Source of the DNA: Bacteroidales bacterium
Lineage (GTDB): Bacteria > Bacteroidota > Bacteroidia > Bacteroidales > CAIWKO01
NCBI GenBank assembly: GCA_018004645.1
Contig: JAGNBV010000003.1
Span: forward strand, 1 to 63,943
Direction: 5' to 3'
DNA length: 63,943 nt
Shown here: positions 57,315-63,943 of the stretch, in pieces
Numbering within the stretch: position 1 is the stretch's first letter
Layout: each line of letters opens with the position of its first letter
Made by a program: the position numbers and the translations under genes
The notes under the pieces: generated by a model
What the model was told of the DNA's origin: nothing
Databases searched by the model: none
What the model saw: only the letters and a program-made list of their open reading frames with translations

Positions 57315-58739
57315 TTATTTTCCCCGTCCCTGCAGAATGATGAGAGCTGTATAAATCAGTATCTTAAAATCTACAGCCAGCGACATGTTTTCTATATACA
57401 ACACGTCAAATTTTAAACGGTCTATCATCTGGTCAACCGTTTCTGCGTAACCGTATTTTACCTGCCCCCACGAAGTGATACCGGGCTTTACCTTGTGCAA
57501 CAGCTTGTAATGCGGGGCTTTTTGAACAATCTGATTGATGTAGTAAAGCCGTTCAGGGCGCGGGCCTACTATCGACATATCGCCTTTCAGCACATTATAA
57601 AACTGGGGGATTTCATCCAGACGCACTTTTCTCATAAAGCGGCCAAAAGGAGTGATTCTTTGGTCGTTTTTGCTTGATAGCTGCGGGCCGTTTTTTTCGG
57701 CATCAACATACATCGACCTGAACTTAAACATGGTGAACGGTTTGCCGTGGAGGCCTATGCGTTCATGCGAATAAAACACCGGTCCCCTGGAGGACAGTTT
57801 AACGCCCAGGGCTACCAGCAGATACACCGGCATCAGCAATGTCATTGCAAACAGCGAACCCGCCACATCGATAAATCGTTTGAGGTAACACTGCCAGGCG
57901 GGCATTAGTTCGGGGGAAATCTGTATCAGCGGAGCATGAAAGATAGAGGTCATTTTTACGCTGCCCAGCAAAAAGTCTTTCAGGTCGGGAATGATTTTTA
58001 TTACCACATGGGTGTCTTCCAGCAGCGAAATAATTTGTTCTACAAACGAACGTTCAGTTTTATCTATGGCGATGATAACCTCTTCTATACCATATTCAAG
58101 GATGATGTTTTTCAGGTTTTTATAGCTGCCCAAGTGGGGTAAAAATGCCTCCATGGGATGGTGGTCGCCATTGTGCACATCCACAAAACCAACAAATTTG
58201 TTGCCCGATGACTTCCATTGATTCTCTATTTCATTATATATCGCGGTGGCATTGCCGTTGCTGCCTATCAGCAGCGTGTTAAACCCGATGATCTTATGGT
58301 GCACCTTGTAGGCGGTCTGCGACGATAATATCAGGCGCCCGATGTAGGTAAAAGTAAAATGCAGGCCAAAAATAATGCCGAAATACAGGTAATAGTTTTT
58401 GTAGGAAACCACCTGGTCGTCGAGTATGAAAAGGAAAAAAATCACCACCATGCCAATGATAGAGATGGTGAAAGTTTGCCCGAGTTCTTTTAAACGTGAT
58501 TTTCTGAAAATCTTGTGATAAGTGCCAATGATAGTATATAACATTATCCAGAAAAAGATAATAAAAAGCAGTCCGATGTAAAGGTTCTTATCCCCGAAAA
58601 TCATTTCGGGCTGGTTGAAAACATCGTGATTAATATGGTATTTCCGAAAAATAAAAAACAATACCCAGGCTGAGGCAGCCGATAGGACATCTGAAACGAC
58701 ATATTTAATTACCTGTAGTTTTTTATTCATTACGTTCAT
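57315..58739 (-). CDS. Polyprenyl-phosphate sugar-phosphate transferase (WbaP/WcaJ-type initiating glycosyltransferase)
   Basis: N-terminal TM bundle. C-terminal KRFIDV..S......P........KL.S.GPVFY..ERIG..GK.F...KFRSM...DERIT..G...R...LDE.PQ..NVL.GDMS.VGPRP. Confidence 0.85.
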   Translation of the reverse strand: MNVMNKKLQVIKYVVSDVLSAASAWVLFFIFRKYHINHDVFNQPEMIFGDKNLYIGLLFIIFFWIMLYTIIGTYHKIFRKSRLKELGQTFTISIIGMVVIFFLFILDDQVVSYKNYYLYFGIIFGLHFTFTYIGRLILSSQTAYKVHHKIIGFNTLLIGSNGNATAIYNEIENQWKSSGNKFVGFVDVHNGDHHPMEAFLPHLGSYKNLKNIILEYGIEEVIIAIDKTERSFVEQIISLLEDTHVVIKIIPDLKDFLLGSVKMTSIFHAPLIQISPELMPAWQCYLKRFIDVAGSLFAMTLLMPVYLLVALGVKLSSRGPVFYSHERIGLHGKPFTMFKFRSMYVDAEKNGPQLSSKNDQRITPFGRFMRKVRLDEIPQFYNVLKGDMSIVGPRPERLYYINQIVQKAPHYKLLHKVKPGITSWGQVKYGYAETVDQMIDRLKFDVLYIENMSLAVDFKILIYTALIILQGRGK

Positions 58740-59617
58740 TCGGTGTAAAGCAATTTTATGTTATCCAGCAAAACCTCAGCCGATGCCTGATTTTCGGGTT
58801 TGTAACTTTCGAAAAACACTTTATACCCTGTCACATTCGATGATACATTGGCAGCAGGCGTGAGATTTATAAAAATTTTATTCCAGGTAGTATTAGGGTT
58901 AATTACCATCACATCTATACGGTTGTTCAAGCCGGTGTTTAAAACGGCAAAAAGGCCTATGGCCAGGGGGGCGCTGGTTTTGTAATTGAGTTCAAGAAAC
59001 ACCGGCGACTGGTTTTGCGGAATTTCATATATCTGATCCGAAACACTTAACAGATAAGGGGCGGAGGCGTCCATATATGCGACCCCCGAACTGGCGCCTT
59101 CAAATACCAGGGCGCTGTCCTGTGTTTGTATAAAATTAGTATCGCTGTTGGTAAATTTCAGCAGTGTCATACCGGCCGTTTCAAAATCTTCTTTCCATCG
59201 TATTTTGTTCTCATAATAGGTAACCACGGGATGCAGGGTGTCGGTCTGTTCGGCAGTCAGTTCCACAGCGGTTTCCCAGGGCTGATAAAAGGAATAGTAT
59301 GCCCTCGACATGGCTATGCCGTTAAGTTTTATTCCCGCCCTGACCATAACGGTGTGTTGTCCTTTGGCCAGCACCGGAAAAGTGGCCGGCAGTTCATAAA
59401 TACCTTGCAGATCACCGTCAATATATACCCAGGCATCGGTTATTTTGCTGGAGTTTGTGCCGTCAAATTCGTAAGTGGTGTTGAGATCTATTTTATCAAT
59501 GTGGATATACGAAGGGACCAGGTCTGTTTTTTTACACGAGGGGAAGGAGAGGAGCATGGCATACCCGGCAACAACCATAAAAATTATGCGAAATCCGGCA
59601 GCGTATTTTTTCCCCAT
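58736..59617 (-). CDS. Hypothetical lipoprotein (293 aa)
   Basis: Lipobox LLSFPSC. Its stop overlaps the sugar-transferase start by 4 nt. No recognised motif. Confidence 0.45.
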   Translation of the reverse strand: MGKKYAAGFRIIFMVVAGYAMLLSFPSCKKTDLVPSYIHIDKIDLNTTYEFDGTNSSKITDAWVYIDGDLQGIYELPATFPVLAKGQHTVMVRAGIKLNGIAMSRAYYSFYQPWETAVELTAEQTDTLHPVVTYYENKIRWKEDFETAGMTLLKFTNSDTNFIQTQDSALVFEGASSGVAYMDASAPYLLSVSDQIYEIPQNQSPVFLELNYKTSAPLAIGLFAVLNTGLNNRIDVMVINPNTTWNKIFINLTPAANVSSNVTGYKVFFESYKPENQASAEVLLDNIKLLYTE

Positions 59618-59680
59618 TATCGGTAATGAAATTTATTGGGTTAACGGTAGTAAAATAAAATTATTGTATCTCAGGAAAAT

Positions 59681-60661
59681 TTAATCCGGAATATTGATTT
59701 TTTCGATGACTTTGTATGCAATGTCCAGCGCCTTGTACCCGTCAATGATACTGACGGGGGTTTCCGTATTGTTTTCAATCGAGTGGAAAAATGTTTCCAG
59801 TTCGGTTTTGATGGCGTTGATGGGTACAATTTCGGGCTTTTCAAACAATATTTGTTTTTTGCTTTTGCCTTCGCCGAGATCGATGATCATGTCTAAAGGA
59901 CCTATGCTGTTCTCGTCCTCTATATTTTTGAGCCGGATTATTTCGGAATATTGTTTCAGGAAATCAACGGATATATAGGCATCCGCCTGAAATATGCGCG
60001 TTTTACGCATGTTTTTCATCGAGATACGGCTTGCTGTCAGGTTGGCCACACAACCATTGTCGAATTCCAGACGTGCATTGGCAATATCGGGAGTTTCACT
60101 AACTATTGACACCCCGCTGGCGTTGATTTTTTTGATGTTTGATTTTACCAGGCTCATAACGATGTCTATGTCGTGTATCATCAGGTCGAGTATCACGGGC
60201 ACATCGGTTCCGCGCGGGTTAAATTGTGCCAGGCGGTGGGTTTCAATAAACATGGGCTGCTGGATAAAAGGAAATGCCGCAATAAAGGCTGGATTGAACC
60301 GTTCCACGTGGCCAACCTGCACCTTTACCCTGGCCTCGCCGGCTATGGAGATAAGCACTTTGGCTTCCTCCAGCGTGGTAACCAGAGGCTTCTCGATAAA
60401 CACATGTTTGGCCGACTTCATGGCCCGCGAAGCGCAATCAAAATGCGACAGCGTGGGTGTAACAATATCTACAACATCAACCCGGTCAATAAGCTCTTCC
60501 ACCGAAGCAAAGGCCTTGATGCCGTATTCGGCTTCCACCTGCCTGGAAACACCTGGGTCCTGGTCGTAAAATCCAAGAATATTAATCTGTTCGATCTGCT
60601 TCAGGCATTTGATATGAATCTTTCCAAGGTGCCCGGCTCCTAATACGCCTACTGTTAACAT
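59681..60661 (-). CDS. Gfo/Idh/MocA-family NAD(P)-dependent oxidoreductase
   Basis: N-terminal Rossmann VGVLGAGHLGKIH and the EKP motif (VFIEKPL). 326 aa. Confidence 0.8.
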   Translation of the reverse strand: MLTVGVLGAGHLGKIHIKCLKQIEQINILGFYDQDPGVSRQVEAEYGIKAFASVEELIDRVDVVDIVTPTLSHFDCASRAMKSAKHVFIEKPLVTTLEEAKVLISIAGEARVKVQVGHVERFNPAFIAAFPFIQQPMFIETHRLAQFNPRGTDVPVILDLMIHDIDIVMSLVKSNIKKINASGVSIVSETPDIANARLEFDNGCVANLTASRISMKNMRKTRIFQADAYISVDFLKQYSEIIRLKNIEDENSIGPLDMIIDLGEGKSKKQILFEKPEIVPINAIKTELETFFHSIENNTETPVSIIDGYKALDIAYKVIEKINIPD

Positions 60662-60793
60662 GTGAGTTGGTATTTTTTAGCAAAATTAAATTTTTTATAA
60701 GTGGTATTTGATTATTTTCGCAAGAGAAATTAACAGGTAGAAAGATTGGTGGTGTGTGTGGTAACTATCTGAATAACATTAATATGGATATCG

Positions 60794-61444
60794 ATGATAG
60801 ACTCTTATAAACATAAAGGACTGCGAAAACAGCTGGTAGAAACCGTCAGGGCAAAGGGTATTACGGATGAACGTATTCTGGATGCTATCGAAAAAATTCC
60901 CCGACATTTTTTTCTTGATTCCACATTTCAAAACTTTGCCTACGAAGACAAACCTTTTCCCATTGGTGCGGGGCAAACCATTTCGCAACCCTATACAGTT
61001 GCTTTTCAAACACAGTTGTTGCAGGTAAAAAAACGCGATAAGGTACTTGAAATAGGTACCGGATCGGGATACCAGGCCTGCGTGCTGCTCGAACTGGGGG
61101 CCACGGTCTTTACCATCGAACGGCAGAAAAGCCTCTATCAGAAAACCAAATTATTTTTACCTTCCATAGGATACAACCCGAAATTCTTTTATGGCGATGG
61201 TTACAAGGGCTTGCCCGCTTTTGCTCCATTCGACAAAATCATTGTTACTGCCGGTGCGCCTTATATTCCCGAAATGCTGCTCGACCAACTGAAAAATGGC
61301 GGTATCATGGTGATTCCGGTGGGCGAGGGCGATGTGCAAAAAATGATTACTGTCGAAAAAAGCGCTACAGGTGAGGTAACCATACATGAGCACGGCGCTT
61401 TTCGTTTTGTACCCCTGCTTGGCGACAAAGCTAATGATAAATAG
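60794..61444 (+). CDS. pcm: Protein-L-isoaspartate O-methyltransferase
   Basis: IPRHFF, QTISQPY, VLEIGTGSGYQ (SAM motif I), ...DKIIVTAG...P..L..QL..GG.MVIPVG. Confidence 0.85.
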   Translation: MIDSYKHKGLRKQLVETVRAKGITDERILDAIEKIPRHFFLDSTFQNFAYEDKPFPIGAGQTISQPYTVAFQTQLLQVKKRDKVLEIGTGSGYQACVLLELGATVFTIERQKSLYQKTKLFLPSIGYNPKFFYGDGYKGLPAFAPFDKIIVTAGAPYIPEMLLDQLKNGGIMVIPVGEGDVQKMITVEKSATGEVTIHEHGAFRFVPLLGDKANDK

Positions 61445-61452
61445 TTGTTTTT

Positions 61453-63468
61453 ATGTGCGGTATTGCTGGCATACTGAAAAAAGACCCTTCGGTAACTGAT
61501 GTCGCCAACATGCTGCACAGGATGTGTCAATCGCTTCGGCACCGCGGCCCCGATGATGAAGGGTATGTGTGTTTTGCACGCGAGGAAGTGTATGCCTGCG
61601 GTGGCAACGACACCCCTGCTGGCTCGCGCGAAATCAACCTGCCTTATGCCGCGCAACACCATATCTCCGCTATGCCCGGCGAAATATTCCTTGGCCTGGC
61701 ACACCGCCGCCTTGCAGTCATCGACCTGTCTCCGGCAGGACATCAGCCGATGTGCAACGCCGATCAGTCGATATGGGTGGTGTTTAATGGCGAAATATAC
61801 AATTATTGGGAGATTCGTGAAGAGCTGGAAACAAAATCCGTGACCTTTGTCTCCAATACCGATGTGGAGGTGATGCTAAAAGCATACGAATACTGGGGGA
61901 TGGACTTTACGGCCAGACTTAACGGCATGTGGTCTTTTGTGCTCTACGACCGCCGCAGCAATTGTTTGATTGGTTGCCGCGACCGTTTTGGGGTGAAACC
62001 ATTTTACTACTATAACTCTCCGCAGTTTTTTGCCTTTGCATCCGAACAAAAAGCCCTTATGCAACTACCGGTCGATACAGGCATCAACCCTGAAGCCGTG
62101 GGCGATTACCTGGTCAACAGCCGGATTGAAGCCGGAGAACAAGGCATTTACCGTAATATTAAGGAGTTGATGCCTTCCCATTACCTGGTGTGTCATCTGG
62201 ACGATAACACCCTGGAGATAAAAAGATATTACACCCTCCCATATAACAAAAACAAGGAGAAATTTGCTCCCGAAGAGTTTAAAAAGGCGGTACATCAGGT
62301 AAACGAAAAGCTCAATAAGGCTATCACGCTTCGCCTGCGTTCTGACGTCAATGTGGGCTTTTGCCTGAGCGGAGGCATCGACAGCAGCAGCATTATCGGC
62401 TTGTCGCACCAGGTCAATGCCAGGCATACGTTACGGCAGTTAGGCAGCCAGCTGCATGCGTTCACGGCCGTGTCCGACGATCCATCGGTGGACGAAAGCC
62501 CGTGGGCGGCTTTAGTAGCCAATAAATACGGCCTCTCCTGGCATAAACAGGACTGCACTGCCGACTTACTGTTCGAACAATTGGAAGACATCATTTATTA
62601 TCAGGATTCTCCTTTGTTTTCGGCCAGCACTTATGCCCAGAGCGCCGTGATGAAACTGGCCCGCGAAAAAGGCATAACCATTTTGCTCGACGGGCAGGGC
62701 GGCGATGAGCTGTTTGCCGGGTACGTGCCCTTTTATATTTCGTATTATCTCGAACTGCTGCGCCGCTTCAGGCTGAAAGCCTTTGCTGCCGAAATGTCCA
62801 GCCTTAGTCACGCCCCGCTTAACCATAATATTATTGTCCGTTCCATGGCAAAAATATTTATCAGCGAAGTATTTCCATCATCAGTGCAAGACTGTATTTT
62901 TAAGAGAAACCATAAAGAAATTTCTTTTATCAGCCGGGAGTTTTTCGGCGGGGATAGCAAATTTGTCAGGACTAATAACGGATACAGCAGCAAAGACCTT
63001 AACACGGCACTGTTTGGTTTTTTTACAGGGGGATACCTGCGGAATCTTTTGCGATGGGAAGACCGTTGTTCCATGCAGTATTCGGTGGAATCACGCACTC
63101 CTTTTGCCGATGATGTAGAGCTGATAGAATATGTTTTTTCGCTTGCTTCTGTGTATAAGATTCATCAGGGGCGCAGCAAATATTTGTTGCGCGAAGCCAT
63201 GGGCAGCCTGCTTCCCGAAGACATTTACAGTCGTACCGACAAATTGGGTTTTGCCACTCCCCAGTCCTTATGGCTCAAACAGTCGCAACAGCGGATGAAA
63301 CAAATCATCAGCGATCTGTCGGGCTTAGACAGCGAAAAGTTTGGCGATGCTGCTGCGCTGTTAAAAAATTGGGATGCAATTTTCATGAAACCCGAAAACA
63401 GCAAAATGATGGATTTTGTTTGGCGGTACATGAATTTTCTGATGTGGAGAAAGATCAATAAATTATAA
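61453..63468 (+). CDS. asnB: Asparagine synthase (glutamine-hydrolysing) family protein
   Basis: MCGIAG N-terminal nucleophile. HRGPDD, VFNGEIYN. SGGIDSS PP-loop in the synthetase domain. 671 aa. Confidence 0.8.
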   Translation: MCGIAGILKKDPSVTDVANMLHRMCQSLRHRGPDDEGYVCFAREEVYACGGNDTPAGSREINLPYAAQHHISAMPGEIFLGLAHRRLAVIDLSPAGHQPMCNADQSIWVVFNGEIYNYWEIREELETKSVTFVSNTDVEVMLKAYEYWGMDFTARLNGMWSFVLYDRRSNCLIGCRDRFGVKPFYYYNSPQFFAFASEQKALMQLPVDTGINPEAVGDYLVNSRIEAGEQGIYRNIKELMPSHYLVCHLDDNTLEIKRYYTLPYNKNKEKFAPEEFKKAVHQVNEKLNKAITLRLRSDVNVGFCLSGGIDSSSIIGLSHQVNARHTLRQLGSQLHAFTAVSDDPSVDESPWAALVANKYGLSWHKQDCTADLLFEQLEDIIYYQDSPLFSASTYAQSAVMKLAREKGITILLDGQGGDELFAGYVPFYISYYLELLRRFRLKAFAAEMSSLSHAPLNHNIIVRSMAKIFISEVFPSSVQDCIFKRNHKEISFISREFFGGDSKFVRTNNGYSSKDLNTALFGFFTGGYLRNLLRWEDRCSMQYSVESRTPFADDVELIEYVFSLASVYKIHQGRSKYLLREAMGSLLPEDIYSRTDKLGFATPQSLWLKQSQQRMKQIISDLSGLDSEKFGDAAALLKNWDAIFMKPENSKMMDFVWRYMNFLMWRKINKL

Positions 63469-63511
63469 AAGTTGGTTATAGTCGGGGGCTGAGGCTTTCA
63501 AAGTCCCAGGG

Positions 63512-63943
63512 GATGATTTGCTCTCTACTACCATTACTTAATCAAAATGAGCCCTAATGCGAAATTTGGATTTAGTAATGGTAATGCCGGTAGAGTAGCT
63601 GTTATCGTTTATAGCGCGAATGCGCTAATGAACGAATACAGATACCGTATCGGTATAATTCTTATCCCTGCCTACCTGTTGAGCCAGCCATGTTTGAAGT
63701 ATTGATAATCCGCCAACCGGCGGATGATTTGCTCTCTACTACCATTACTTAATCAAAATGAGCCCTAATGCGAAATTTGGATATAGTAATGGTAATGCCG
63801 GTAGAGTAGCTGTTGGCGTTTATAGCGCGAATGCGCTAATGAACGAATACAGATACCGTATCGGTATAATTCTTATCCCTGCCTACCTGTTGAGCCAGCC
63901 ATGTTTGAAGTATTGATAATCCGCCAACCGGCGGATGATTTGC
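63512..63943. repeat. Tandem repeat with a 211-bp unit, 2.05 copies visible, running off the window end
   Basis: Unit starts at 63512, 63723 and 63934. I count 3 mismatches between copies 1 and 2 (63572 T/A, 63604 A/G, 63605 T/G). There is no ORF of 60 aa or more, and the unit is rich in internal hairpins. Confidence 0.9.

Noticed and set aside
63512-63943. Possible CRISPR array or integron attC series
   Set aside because: The entire 211-bp unit is duplicated at about 99% identity with no unique spacers or cassettes between copies, and there are no cas or intI genes nearby.

Overview
This 63.9-kb window looks like a chromosomal segment of a Bacteroidota genome. The phylum call rests on six proteins ending in T9SS C-terminal sorting domains, several TAnnTTTG-type -7 promoter boxes, and a set of Bacteroidota-typical DUF families. 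I support about 48 protein-coding genes. I found no rRNA, tRNA or CRISPR array, and no recognisable transposase, integrase or phage genes. Housekeeping genes frame the window: ribE, a cold-shock protein, an AddA-like UvrD/PD-(D/E)XK helicase-nuclease, purE, hpt, adk, obg, pcm, asnB, a POT peptide transporter, and a polysaccharide-initiating sugar transferase. The standout is a 15.3-kb, 12-gene, single-strand block at 18778-34062. It combines two paralogous cobalamin-binding radical SAM enzymes, a KASIII-like condensing enzyme, two crotonase-fold proteins and a 4HBT thioesterase with an aryl-polyene/flexirubin-style tailoring and export set. That set comprises an FAD desaturase-like oxidoreductase, a 1282-aa exporter-acyltransferase-methyltransferase fusion, a GT2, a C45/Ntn acyltransferase-like protein and a second PlsC-type acyltransferase. 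The block has no ACP, KS/CLF, KR or DH genes, and I cannot match it to a characterised pathway from memory. It is my best candidate for an undescribed lipid or pigment system. Other items worth a second look are a PETase/cutinase-like T9SS esterase directly upstream of the cluster and a near-identical 211-bp hairpin-rich tandem repeat running off the 3' window edge. There is also a strictly phased array of 33 degenerate heptanucleotides upstream of obg, a ~100-109 bp four-copy tandem repeat between ribE and the helicase, and a 1.8k-aa T9SS surface protein with dockerin-like and cohesin-like modules. All functional calls come from motif recognition by eye on the supplied translations. No database search was run.
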